Source: Candidatus Nomurabacteria bacterium | GTDB taxonomy: Bacteria > Patescibacteriota > Minisyncoccia > Phycocordibacterales > UBA918 | Reading direction: 5' to 3' | Length of the DNA stretch: 64,000 nt | Assembly (NCBI GenBank): GCA_023898585.1 | Contig: CP060229.1 | Span: 790,587 to 854,586, forward strand | Shown here: piece by piece, positions 9,691 through 19,044 of the stretch | Position numbering within the stretch: position 1 is the stretch's first letter | Layout of the letters: each line of letters opens with the position of its first letter | Made by a program: the position numbers and the translations under genes | Notes under the pieces: generated by a model | The model's input: only the letters and a program-made list of their open reading frames with translations | What the model was told of the DNA's origin: nothing | Databases searched by the model: none

Positions 9691-11574
9691 ATGTCACGTT
9701 CTTCCACTACGCTAAAGCGAGAAGCTACTTTGAGCAAGACCGCTAAAAAAGTTAAGACGGTTAAGAAAGTCGCTAAAAAAGCCGTCCGAAAAAAGCCTGT
9801 AAAAAGTAAGAAAAATGAATCCATTAAGGCTATCAGTATCAAACAAATTGCCAGCCAAATCAAACCAACGGTCACTATAAAGCGCAATCCACTCGGTCAC
9901 CTTCTGATGGAAAAGATGTTTCGTGAGGCTGGCTTTCGCGGGGGTATATCCACCGATAAAAAACTTCTCGATGCCTACAGCACAGATGAAAGTATTTTTT
10001 CAGTCAGACCGCAAGTTGTGGTTCAGCCTAAAAATCGGGGAGATGTTGAAATAGCCACCAAGGTAATCGCCGAGCAAACCAAGCGCTTCACTTCCCTTTC
10101 GTTAACGCCAAGAGCAGCTGGAACCGGTTTGGGCGGTGGCTCGCTCACCGACTCGGTGGTCATAGATGTGTGTGCTCATCTCAACAAAATAGGAGAGGTG
10201 GTTGAAAAGAAAGGAAAAATAACTTTCACGTGCGAGCCCGGAGCGATGTGGCGTGATGTAGAAAAAAAATTAAAGAAGCATAATGCCTATCTCCCGCCTT
10301 ACCCTGCTTCAAAAGATATATGCAGTGTTGGAGGTTCGGTCGCGAACAACGCCGCCGGCCCCGATTCTCTTCGCTACGGACATTGTGCTGATTGGGTTGA
10401 ATCAATTGATGTTGTGCTTCATGATGGTCACACCTACACGATCAAACCTCTCACCCTTCGCGAGTACAAAATATTGATAAAGCAAGATCATGGACACTCT
10501 AGAATAGCGAAAGAAATTTTCGACTTGATAAGTAAAAATGAAAAAGAAATCAAGAAGAATAAACCAGAAACAGCAAAAAACACTGCCGGTTACCCACTTT
10601 GGAGCGTGATGCCGGAAGGGGTGGCTAAATTTAAAAAAGGTATTGGGACGTTTGATCTGACAAAATTGATCTCGGGAAGTCAAGGAACGATTGGAATCAT
10701 CACCAGTTTAACTATGCGTGCCGAGCCAATACCAAGTGATACCACTCTCATCGCTGTGTCAATTTTTGATCTCGAAAATGTTGCTGATAGCATTGTTAAA
10801 TTACTCAAATACAATCCATTAAACGTAGAAATATTCGACGCTCTCACCTTCGATCTCGCTCTTCGTAATCCCGGTTTTTTCAAAAATCGCATCAGTAAAT
10901 CAATTTACTATCGGGTAATGTTTTCACTATACACAACCTACCACGTACGGTTTCGGCGTAAGATTCCGGAATTTACGATACTGGTGACAGTAGACAAAGA
11001 AACTGCCAGTGAACACCAACCGGAAGTCATTGCAAAAGAAATAAGCGGGCAGAAGATTAAAGCACGAGTAGTAAAGAGTTCTATTGAATCTGAAATGTAC
11101 TGGCAAGTACGGCGTGGTAGTTATACTCTTTCAAAAATGCAAGATCCTACTAAGCGACCGGCTGCATTCCTTGAAGATATGGCGGTTCCGCCTGAAAACC
11201 TATCTAAGTTTTTTGTCCAAATTAAAAGACTGCTGAGAGAATTTAATGTGACAGCTGCCATTCATGGTCATGGAGGAAATGGTCATCTTCACTTCTATCC
11301 CCTTCTAGATTTTACCAACAAGACTACTCCTGTTCTGGTAGAAAAGATGGCGGATAAATTTTTTGAGACAGCTGTAAAGTTCAAGGGTAATATTTGTGGT
11401 GAGCACAATGACGGTATTATACGAACTCCTCACTTGAGCAAGATTTTCTCAAAGAAAATGCTAGACATCTTCAAACAAGCAGAGCATATATTTGATCCCG
11501 ATGACATTTTCAACCCCGGGAAAAAAGTAAATCCCCGTTTCGACATCAAGGAGACAATGCGGACTAATAATTAG
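9691..11574 (+). CDS. FAD-linked oxidase (GlcD/D-lactate dehydrogenase-like) with Lys-rich N-terminal tail
   Basis: FAD-binding PCMH-type region (VVVQPKNRGDVE...RAAGTGLGGGSL) plus an FAD-oxidase C-terminal domain. The first ~60 aa are K-rich and histone H1-like in composition. Confidence 0.75.
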   Translation: MSRSSTTLKREATLSKTAKKVKTVKKVAKKAVRKKPVKSKKNESIKAISIKQIASQIKPTVTIKRNPLGHLLMEKMFREAGFRGGISTDKKLLDAYSTDESIFSVRPQVVVQPKNRGDVEIATKVIAEQTKRFTSLSLTPRAAGTGLGGGSLTDSVVIDVCAHLNKIGEVVEKKGKITFTCEPGAMWRDVEKKLKKHNAYLPPYPASKDICSVGGSVANNAAGPDSLRYGHCADWVESIDVVLHDGHTYTIKPLTLREYKILIKQDHGHSRIAKEIFDLISKNEKEIKKNKPETAKNTAGYPLWSVMPEGVAKFKKGIGTFDLTKLISGSQGTIGIITSLTMRAEPIPSDTTLIAVSIFDLENVADSIVKLLKYNPLNVEIFDALTFDLALRNPGFFKNRISKSIYYRVMFSLYTTYHVRFRRKIPEFTILVTVDKETASEHQPEVIAKEISGQKIKARVVKSSIESEMYWQVRRGSYTLSKMQDPTKRPAAFLEDMAVPPENLSKFFVQIKRLLREFNVTAAIHGHGGNGHLHFYPLLDFTNKTTPVLVEKMADKFFETAVKFKGNICGEHNDGIIRTPHLSKIFSKKMLDIFKQAEHIFDPDDIFNPGKKVNPRFDIKETMRTNN

Positions 11575-11598
11575 TATCGCCACATAATAGAGAGGTAC

Positions 11599-11627
11599 AA
11601 GCGCGCCGTAAAGGCGTCGCTTTTGTA
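11599..11627 (+). terminator. putative terminator hairpin
   Basis: AGCGCGCC-GTAAA-GGCGTCGCT forms a stem-loop that is followed by TTTTGT. Confidence 0.35.
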
Positions 11628-11630
11628 ATT

Positions 11631-11790
11631 ATACCATCCCCAATTAACCATCCAACAAACAGGTCATAATTTCGGCTACAAAACGTAGCTTCGTCCTTGT
11701 CTTATCTCGATAAAACTCGGACTCCAGCTACATTTTTCGCTCTAAATTCTGCCCTGTTTTAATGTTGGAGCGCTAATTGGGGATGGTATT
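11631..11790. repeat. 160-bp element bounded by perfect 16-bp inverted repeat ATACCATCCCCAATTA (MITE-like or long structured hairpin)
   Basis: Exact 16/16 inverted match at 11631-11646 and 11775-11790. An internal small hairpin GCTACaaaacGTAGC is also present. Confidence 0.4.
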
Positions 11791-12109
11791 AATCGCCCCC
11801 GTCTCCACCTCCGTCACCGCTTGCACCAGCACTATCAAGCCAGTCAAAGCCTGTGTCGTCATCTTTTTCCTTTACTGATCGAACAGACATATCTTCATCT
11901 GCAGACCATGTCCCGCCGGAAGTTGGAGACTGCTCTTTTTTACTTTTCCTCCTAAAAAATCTAGAGATAATGTTCATGTTTATATATGACACAGGATATC
12001 ACATTTATAATTTTATCAGTCCACTAGACCCTTTCCACTGATACTTTTTTCTGTTATAAATAAAGCCGAATTTGAGATTTTGTATTCCATGAATTCATTT
12101 CGTTCATAT

Positions 12110-12181
12110 GGCCCTATCGTCTAACGGCTAGGACAGCAGGTTCTCATCCTGCAAATCGGGGTTCGATTCCCCGTAGGGTCA
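12110..12181 (+). tRNA. tRNA-Glu (anticodon CTC)
   Basis: The cloverleaf folds by hand: a 7-bp acceptor stem (GGCCCTA/TAGGGTC), a D arm, anticodon stem GCAGG/CCTGC with loop TTCTCAT, and T arm CGGGG-TTCGATT-CCCCG. No CCA is encoded. Confidence 0.8.
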
Positions 12182-13698
12182 CAAAACGAGACTTCGTCTC
12201 TAGATAACGAGCGCGGCGAAGCCGCGCGAGCAGAAGCCAGAGGAAACATAGCCCTACGCTCCGCCACCAAACCAAAGGGTGACGGGACGGAAAAGCGCGC
12301 GGATTTGTCACGAACCAATGGGTTCGTTCCAACTTTTTTGACGAATGAAGCAATTTCAGGGAAATTGCTGGATGAGGATAAAAAGGTGGCTTGTTTCGTA
12401 TCTAAAATCCACTCCCGCAGGGGTTCGACCCAATTATTTCCTTGGTGTGCAAAATCTTTCTTTTTCTCCTTCAAAGCAAGGGTGGCACGCATGATCTCGT
12501 CTTTTTTCTTGGTGTATATCTCTCGCGGTACGTCGCCATCAAGATATGCACCGACTAACTTATCCATGAGTGCCTCGCTGGCTTTGATACTATCGGAAAG
12601 ATTTTGGACACCACTTTGAGATGAGTGTTTTTCTTCTTGCTCCCACTCAGCAACCCTGGTGAGCATGTAATCGGTGTACGCATCGCAAAGCGAAATTGTT
12701 TGAAGCTGTTCCTTTAATTGGTCGGCGAGAACGTCCTCGCGCACGTATCCTTGGGAGCATGTTCCTTTCTTTTTAGTACAACGATAATATCTATACTTTC
12801 CTCCGCATTTGCCAGTAGCCCACTGTGCAGTAAACATGCTCCCACACTCTCCGCACGCAAAAATGCCCACAAACGGAAAGTCATGCTTGGCCTTCCGTTT
12901 GCGAGGACGTTCTCTTGCCGACAATACTTTTTGCACAGCTTCAAACAATTTCGGGGAAATAATTGGCGCAAAGCTTCCGTCAAACCATTCGTCATGATGA
13001 CAAACAAATCCGAGATAGGCGCGGTTCGTCAACATGCGTTTTATGGAAGCTTTGCCAAGTGGCGTTCCTTTGCCAGTCGTTACACCGTGAAGCGCCAGAA
13101 AGTCGGCGAGCGAAACCAATCCATGCTCACCTTTGGCGTATTCCTCAAATGCTTTCACAATAATCTTGCTATGCACTGGATGCGGTTCGATATTCCTCGT
13201 ACGCGGATTATTCACATAGCCAAAGGGAGCTTTGGTGAGCCACTCGCCTCGCCGAACTTTCTGGCGCATCCCTCGCTTCACATTCTGCGTTAGATTGTCT
13301 GAATAATATTTAGATTGACCGAACGCCACTTGCAACATAAAGAGCCCTTGCGGGGTGGGTTCAAACCAAAATGTTGGAAAGCGCAAAGACGCAATTTTCT
13401 CAGTATCAACTGCATACACAATACGACCACCATCTATACTATTGCGTGCCAGTCTATCGGGATGCCACGCTAAAATACCCACACCATCCAAAGAGTCAAT
13501 TTGCTCCATCATCTTACTAAATACTGGACGTCCGGGTGTCTTTGCACTTTTTGACTCTTGAAACTCCGCTAGGATTTCAAGATTTTCTTTACGCGCAAAC
13601 TCTCTCATTTCAAAAAGCTGCGATTCGATAGACATAACTTGCTTATCGTCATCTTCTGTCGATTTGCGAGCGTATAGAAAATATTTTGGTTTGAACAT
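12121..13698 (-). CDS. large serine recombinase (resolvase/invertase catalytic domain + recombinase domain + zinc ribbon)
   Basis: Start adjusted to MFKPKYFLYARKSTEDD...SIESQ (the catalytic Ser motif). A Cys cluster is present (CGECG...CTKKKGTC). The ORF C-terminus reads through IR1-L into the tRNA, so the true stop is uncertain. Confidence 0.8.
   Translation of the reverse strand: MFKPKYFLYARKSTEDDDKQVMSIESQLFEMREFARKENLEILAEFQESKSAKTPGRPVFSKMMEQIDSLDGVGILAWHPDRLARNSIDGGRIVYAVDTEKIASLRFPTFWFEPTPQGLFMLQVAFGQSKYYSDNLTQNVKRGMRQKVRRGEWLTKAPFGYVNNPRTRNIEPHPVHSKIIVKAFEEYAKGEHGLVSLADFLALHGVTTGKGTPLGKASIKRMLTNRAYLGFVCHHDEWFDGSFAPIISPKLFEAVQKVLSARERPRKRKAKHDFPFVGIFACGECGSMFTAQWATGKCGGKYRYYRCTKKKGTCSQGYVREDVLADQLKEQLQTISLCDAYTDYMLTRVAEWEQEEKHSSQSGVQNLSDSIKASEALMDKLVGAYLDGDVPREIYTKKKDEIMRATLALKEKKKDFAHQGNNWVEPLREWILDTKQATFLSSSSNFPEIASFVKKVGTNPLVRDKSARFSVPSPFGLVAERRAMFPLASARAASPRSLSRDEVSFCDPTGNRTPICRMRTCCPSR
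12179..12302. repeat. IR1-L: 124-bp GC-rich inverted repeat (left copy), starts inside the tRNA 3' end
   Basis: Its reverse complement equals 13732-13855 with a single mismatch. It contains the hairpin GCGCGGCGAAGCCGCGC. Confidence 0.9.
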
Positions 13699-13731
13699 AC
13701 AAATGATTTTAGACACGAAACAAGGACAAAA

Positions 13732-13855
13732 CCGCGTGCTTTTCCGTCCCGTCACCCTTTGGTTTGGTGGCGGAGCGTAGGGCTATGTTTCCTCTGGCTT
13801 CTGCTCGCGCGGCTTCGCCGCGCTCGTTATCTAGAGACGAAGTCTCGTTTTGTGA
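13732..13855. repeat. IR1-R: right copy of the 124-bp inverted repeat
   Basis: Reverse-complement match to 12179-12302 with one mismatch. Confidence 0.9.
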
Positions 13856-14074
13856 AGAAATACTAACCCTTGCGCGAACTTACTTTGAACAGAACTAGCA
13901 ACGCGCGGAGCGCGTGGTGGCTTTGTACTTCTGCGTACGCATTCGGGTGCGTGGTGATACGCCTCGGGGCGCGCTCGTACCTCGCACGCAGCAACCCTAA
14001 AAATTTCCTTACCTTTCTAAAAGCGGAAGGGGGTGCAGGGGGAAGCCGCCAAAAAGAAGAAAGGAAATTTTTGG
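13849..14074. repeat. IR2-L: 226-bp GC-rich inverted repeat (left copy), overlaps IR1-R by the 7-bp core TTTGTGA
   Basis: Its reverse complement equals 16999-17224. ORFs 13870..14178 and 16832..17203 share an identical 66-aa N-terminus because of this repeat. Confidence 0.9.
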
Positions 14075-14158
14075 GTGTTGCGAGTCAATGGCACACAGGT
14101 TCAGTTTACCACTATATCGGAAATATGAATATTGCTTTTCCAGATACATACTTCTATA

Positions 14159-14380
14159 ATGAAAAGGTTGCTTCATAGCAAAGAGTACAGAGATTTTACA
14201 GAGCGTCTTAAGACTGCTCGACTCGAATCTGGTCTCACGCAGGTACAAGTTGCTAAAAAACTCAAGCGCCCACAGTCTTACGTTTCTAATATTGAATCAG
14301 GGCAGCAAAGGGTTGACGTTGTGGAGTTACATAAATTTGCGAAGCTGTATAATAAGAATATTACTTGGTTTATAAACTAA
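14159..14380 (+). CDS. XRE-family helix-turn-helix transcriptional regulator
   Basis: ERLKTARLESGLTQVQVAKKL...SYVSNIESGQ is a classic HTH_3 pattern. Start adjusted to MKRLL. Confidence 0.6.
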   Translation: MKRLLHSKEYRDFTERLKTARLESGLTQVQVAKKLKRPQSYVSNIESGQQRVDVVELHKFAKLYNKNITWFIN

Positions 14381-14392
14381 AATTTTATAGGT

Positions 14393-16774
14393 ATGAAAAA
14401 CTTTAACTTTGGAATGGGGGGGGTAGCAGTAGTATTCTTAACATTTCTTTTCATACCAACAACTTTTGCATTTGCGGCTGATTATTATATGAGGGCAGAC
14501 GGGTCAGCAGCAAATAAAGCAGCGGCCACTTCATGTGATGATGCTTCAACAGCAATGAGTGTCACTACTCACAACTCAGAAACTTTCTCTGCTGGTGACA
14601 CTATCTACATTTGCGGTAATGGAGGGACTTTTACAACTGAGTTAATTAACCCTTCCTCAGGTACTTCTGGGTCACCCATTTCGTATATTGGAACTAGTAC
14701 TCCAACTTGGAGCATGACTTCACGAAATTGGTATACTAACGGTAAAGATCATCTAGTCATCGACGGTATTACGCTTAATAACACGTCATCAGGTTATTCG
14801 ATTCAGATGACAACAACGGATAACTCGACTTTGAGGAATATTACGTCTACTGCTCCGAGCGGTATTTACGTACAAACTTGTGTTGCGCCGGTTCTTGAAA
14901 ACATTACTTCAACAGCAAGTACATTCGACGGTATTCGAGTCGCTGGAACCAGCGCTACTATCACTAATCCCACGATTATTTCAGCAGGGAGGTACGGCAT
15001 TTATCTAGAATCTATAAACGGAGTGACCATCACAGGAGGATCAATTTCAGACACGACCTTTGAAGGCATCAGAGTTACCAATGCGAACGATTCAGTAGTC
15101 ACGATAGATGGAACGACTTTGGAAGACGTAGGGTTAAATGGAGGTGCAACAAGTGCGGGTATCTACTACAGTGGGGCAGGTGTCACTGGGGTTGATCTAA
15201 CGATAGATGACATAACAATAACTGGCGCTCTCGGCTTAGGAGGTATCTACCTTACTACAGCTCCATTTGAGACGAACAGAGCAAGTATCTCAAACGTAAC
15301 TATTACGGAATCTGCTCACGGGTTACGAGCCACCAGCACTAATAATATTGATATTTCCGACTCTACTTTTTCTAATAACACCTCTGATGGTATTTTCTTT
15401 GAAGGAACAAGTAGTGGAATGGTGATTTCTGACGTCACGGTTGGAGATAACGGTAGAGACGGTATTTCATTTGGTGATGGAGTAACAAATGGAACCGTTA
15501 AATACAGTGAGATATATGGGAATGGTCAGACAGATACTGTCTCAAACGGAGACGGCATAACTTCCCATACAGGTTCAACAGGATTCACTTTCCACAACAA
15601 TCTCATTTGGGGTAATAGAAACGCTGGTTTTGCTCTGGTTTCAGACTCAGCGGCAGATATCTATAACAACACTGTTTATTTCAACGGCGACTCGACAAGT
15701 GTCAATATGGGTGTTCGGGGAGGATTCTATAACTCAGGAACAGGTGGAGTTTTTGATGTAAGAAACAATATCTTCTTCGGCAATTATCCTTATGAAGTTC
15801 AAGTAGAACAGAACTCAGCCTACCTAGCGTCCACATTCGATTACAACCAATACTACCACGTCGGAAATAATACTGTTGAAGCGAACTTCGCGGACATAGA
15901 TGCAGGAGCGATAAGTTGGGCGACGTATAGTGCAAGTAACGAAAGCAACTCAAATTATGGAGATCCTCAATTATCAAGTCCCACCACAAGTTTCGCTTTA
16001 CTCTCTTCTTCCCCTGCAATCAACGGCGGTGTTGATGTCGGTCTAACAGATGATTATGTTAAAAATTTAATTATTGGATCCCCTGACATAGGAGCATACG
16101 AGTATCAATGGATAGAACCTACTTCTGCTTTTACATCATCGGCTTCTAATCTTGCTGTAATATTCACTGACACTTCAAGTGATTCTGATGGTTCCATAGC
16201 TTCATGGAGTTGGAATTTCGGGGACGGTAACACCTCTGCTTCTCAGAATCCATCTCATACATATACTACTGCTGGTTCCTACGATGCAGCTCTCACTGTT
16301 ACTGATAATCACGGGGCAACTGACACATCAACAAGTACAATCACTGTATCTGAGGGCTCAAGTTCAAGCGGCGGGTCTTCTGGAACTCGTACAAGTCGTC
16401 AAACTACTCAAGAACCTACCGAACGTGCGGCACTATTGGCTCGCATATCAGAACTACAAACACTTCTTAAAGAGCTTAAACTAAGACAAACGGGTGCAAG
16501 TTCATCGTGTACTTTTATCCGCAACCTTCAACTCCACAGTGTCGGAAGTGATGTTCTCTGTTTGCAACAGTACTTAAATAGCAATGGCTTCATAGTTTCA
16601 AGTACTGGTGCTGGATCAATAGGACTTGAGACTTCCTACTTTGGAAATGCAACCCTAACTGCCCTAATTCGCTTTCAGAACGCCCATGTAGCCGAAATTT
16701 TGACCCCTGTTGGACTTACAAGTGGAACTGGCTACTTTGGACCAAGCACACGAGCATACATAAACGCCAATTAA
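14393..16774 (+). CDS. secreted surface protein: signal peptide + right-handed parallel beta-helix repeats + PKD domain + C-terminal peptidoglycan-binding (PG_binding_1-like) domain
   Basis: The N-terminus has a hydrophobic core with AFA/AD cleavage. Repetitive ITxTxxxGIxV beta-helix rungs are present, a PKD signature (WSWNFGDGNTS...HTY..AGSYDAALTVTDNHG), and the C-terminus carries a PG-binding motif (LQQYLNSNGF...ALIRFQ). Confidence 0.7.
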   Translation: MKNFNFGMGGVAVVFLTFLFIPTTFAFAADYYMRADGSAANKAAATSCDDASTAMSVTTHNSETFSAGDTIYICGNGGTFTTELINPSSGTSGSPISYIGTSTPTWSMTSRNWYTNGKDHLVIDGITLNNTSSGYSIQMTTTDNSTLRNITSTAPSGIYVQTCVAPVLENITSTASTFDGIRVAGTSATITNPTIISAGRYGIYLESINGVTITGGSISDTTFEGIRVTNANDSVVTIDGTTLEDVGLNGGATSAGIYYSGAGVTGVDLTIDDITITGALGLGGIYLTTAPFETNRASISNVTITESAHGLRATSTNNIDISDSTFSNNTSDGIFFEGTSSGMVISDVTVGDNGRDGISFGDGVTNGTVKYSEIYGNGQTDTVSNGDGITSHTGSTGFTFHNNLIWGNRNAGFALVSDSAADIYNNTVYFNGDSTSVNMGVRGGFYNSGTGGVFDVRNNIFFGNYPYEVQVEQNSAYLASTFDYNQYYHVGNNTVEANFADIDAGAISWATYSASNESNSNYGDPQLSSPTTSFALLSSSPAINGGVDVGLTDDYVKNLIIGSPDIGAYEYQWIEPTSAFTSSASNLAVIFTDTSSDSDGSIASWSWNFGDGNTSASQNPSHTYTTAGSYDAALTVTDNHGATDTSTSTITVSEGSSSSGGSSGTRTSRQTTQEPTERAALLARISELQTLLKELKLRQTGASSSCTFIRNLQLHSVGSDVLCLQQYLNSNGFIVSSTGAGSIGLETSYFGNATLTALIRFQNAHVAEILTPVGLTSGTGYFGPSTRAYINAN

Positions 16775-16998
16775 AAATTGAGCGAACACCCACCTGCACC
16801 GAGCAGGCGGCGCGAGCGAATGCGAGTGTGCCTATGCGAGATATTGGTTGGGTTTGTGAGCGGTGGTTGATAGTACCCAGCATACTCCAACGCGCGAAGC
16901 GCCTCGGGCGTCACAAGACCGTAAAAAAGCGACATGAAAATCTCTCAAGTAGATGGAGATTTGAATGAGCTTTTTGAAAGGTCGTAGTGACGAGCAAA

Positions 16999-17224
16999 CC
17001 AAAAATTTCCTTTCTTCTTTTTGGCGGCTTCCCCCTGCACCCCCTTCCGCTTTTAGAAAGGTAAGGAAATTTTTAGGGTTGCTGCGTGCGAGGTACGAGC
17101 GCGCCCCGAGGCGTATCACCACGCACCCGAATGCGTACGCAGAAGTACAAAGCCACCACGCGCTCCGCGCGTTGCTAGTTCTGTTCAAAGTAAGTTCGCG
17201 CAAGGGTTAGTATTTCTTCACAAA
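16999..17224. repeat. IR2-R: right copy of the 226-bp inverted repeat
   Basis: Reverse complement of 13849-14074. It ends with the core TCACAAA at 17218-17224. Confidence 0.9.
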
Positions 17225-18887
17225 TAGCAGACATACGGTCGTCAAAGGCATCAAATCCCTTTTTGACCTTATATACCAACGTATCTTGAGCGATAAAAAG
17301 TTCTGAAAAAATAACTTTTACAATCCTCTCTTTTTCGTGTGGATTGGCAAAATCGTAAACAGGCACAACGTTTTTTAGGAGTTCTGAAAGTGTCACCACA
17401 TCTTTCATCAATTCACGCATCGCTACGTCAGACACTTCTTCATCTGTCTTGAGTTGCTTCAAGTCAGTTTCAAGTTTCTGTTCTTCATCCATAAACGTTT
17501 CAGGTGTATAGACACCGCTCTGTAGCAGAGACAGTCGATTAGAACGTAGGTATGCCATATTCTCACGTATCTTCTTCTTTTTACGCTCAACCACGTTGAG
17601 TGACTTGTGACGCTTTTCTTCGAGTAACGAAATGTCAGTACTAGCACGAGCTTCAAGCTGTGCAAGCTCATTGTCTGTGAAATACAAACTTTCTACTAGA
17701 CCTTTTATTTCACCAGCAAGGTAATCAAAGTTACAGTTTTTCATCGTGTTGGTACAACCTTTCAAACAACGAGCATTGAAATACAAAATACCTTTCTTGG
17801 TGTATGGCGTATAGACACGTTCACAATGGGCACAGCGAACGACACCACGCAAAGGATGGTCTAGTTTCTCTGTGTAGTGAACGCTCACTTTTTTCTTATT
17901 TAGGTTAGCTTGGACTTGATTGAAGACCTCATCACTTACCAAAGCTTCGTGACTGGTGCTTTCAATATATATTCCATCGGGACCTTTAGTGCGTCCAGTA
18001 TAAAACCTACTCGTCAAAATACGACTGATGTGATTTTCAGTTACGGGTCGAGATGTTTTCTCTATTACTTCAACTTCCTCACTATCATCAGCAAGTATTT
18101 CAGCTTTAGAACGACGTCTACGCATTGGGACCGTTGTAAAACCTTGTGCAACTGCGTGACGAGCAAGGTCAGCTAAACTCCAATCGCCAGTAGCATACAA
18201 CTCGAACATTTCTTTGATTATAGGAGCACGTACAGGGTCAAATGGTTTATGGTCGATATTACCCTCATTCAAATAACCAATCGGTGCTCGATAAGTACAC
18301 TTACCTTTCTGACGGCTATTCTTGGTACTCAACGTAACTTTCTCACTGGTTACTCGTGAGTGATGTTGCGAGAACATACTGTCGATATCCATATGCAACT
18401 CACCAGCACTACTTTTGTCGTAGTTAGCGTATACAAAACGAACATCAATACCATTACGCATCAGCTTACGAATGATAGTGTCATCTCCTTTATTTCGACT
18501 GATGCGGTCCCAACAAAGGCAGACGATACCTTTGAAGTATCCTCTGCTCAAGTGTTGGAGTAGTTGCTGAAACTTTGGTCGGTCAATACGATACTGGACC
18601 ATCCCGTTAGAGATATACAGCTCATCATCTTCTTTGAAACCAGAATGTTTTTCAGATACAACTCCGTTGGTACAAAAGCCAGTCAGGGTCACAGGTGCAA
18701 GCTTGATTTTGTTACGCTTTGCAAAATCTGTATTTTCTGTACGTTGGTATGAAATTGAGTTTTTCTGGTTATCTGCTTCGTCAGTACTTTTGCGATTATA
18801 AACCAGATAGCAGTCACGATATTTACCGTTTACTATATCTTTCAATATGTCTTTTTCTGACTGTATTTTACTCATTTTCATTTTCAT
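17175..18887 (-). CDS. large serine recombinase (second, divergent paralogue)
   Basis: YNRKSTDEADNQKNSISYQ catalytic motif, a recombinase domain and a zinc ribbon (CAHCERVYT...CLKGC). Its 3' end lies inside IR2-R. Confidence 0.8.
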   Translation of the reverse strand: MKMKMSKIQSEKDILKDIVNGKYRDCYLVYNRKSTDEADNQKNSISYQRTENTDFAKRNKIKLAPVTLTGFCTNGVVSEKHSGFKEDDELYISNGMVQYRIDRPKFQQLLQHLSRGYFKGIVCLCWDRISRNKGDDTIIRKLMRNGIDVRFVYANYDKSSAGELHMDIDSMFSQHHSRVTSEKVTLSTKNSRQKGKCTYRAPIGYLNEGNIDHKPFDPVRAPIIKEMFELYATGDWSLADLARHAVAQGFTTVPMRRRRSKAEILADDSEEVEVIEKTSRPVTENHISRILTSRFYTGRTKGPDGIYIESTSHEALVSDEVFNQVQANLNKKKVSVHYTEKLDHPLRGVVRCAHCERVYTPYTKKGILYFNARCLKGCTNTMKNCNFDYLAGEIKGLVESLYFTDNELAQLEARASTDISLLEEKRHKSLNVVERKKKKIRENMAYLRSNRLSLLQSGVYTPETFMDEEQKLETDLKQLKTDEEVSDVAMRELMKDVVTLSELLKNVVPVYDFANPHEKERIVKVIFSELFIAQDTLVYKVKKGFDAFDDRMSAICEEILTLARTYFEQN

Positions 18888-19044
18888 TTATCTTCACAAT
18901 CTTACCGTCTACCATAGCGTATCCTTCACACTTCATCCGTAGATAGATTGTTTTCAGCACACTACCAAGCTCTTCCATCGCATCAAGTGTGTCGTTAGAC
19001 AGAGTAGCGTCTAACTCCGATGATGAGGAATGTAGTACCTTCAT
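18888..19044 (-). CDS. 52-aa ORF translationally coupled between the Rep-like gene and recombinase 2 (possible directionality-factor-like protein)
   Basis: ATG overlaps the TAA of the upstream gene (TAATG), and its stop overlaps the recombinase start. Translation: MKVLHSSSSELDATLSNDTLDAMEELGSVLKTIYLRMKCEGYAMVDGKIVKINENENE. The function is a guess. Confidence 0.2.

Noticed and set aside
12121-12178. C-terminal ~60 aa of the serine recombinase ORF overlapping IR1-L and the tRNA
   Set aside because: This is probably fortuitous read-through in GC-rich repeat sequence. The true stop may lie upstream, so it is kept within the CDS call but flagged as uncertain.
13870-14178. ORFs 13870..14178 (+) and 16832..17203 (-) with identical 66-aa N-termini
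   Set aside because: Both lie inside the two copies of the GC-rich IR2. The identity is a consequence of the inverted repeat, and the long ORFs are a GC-rich artefact.
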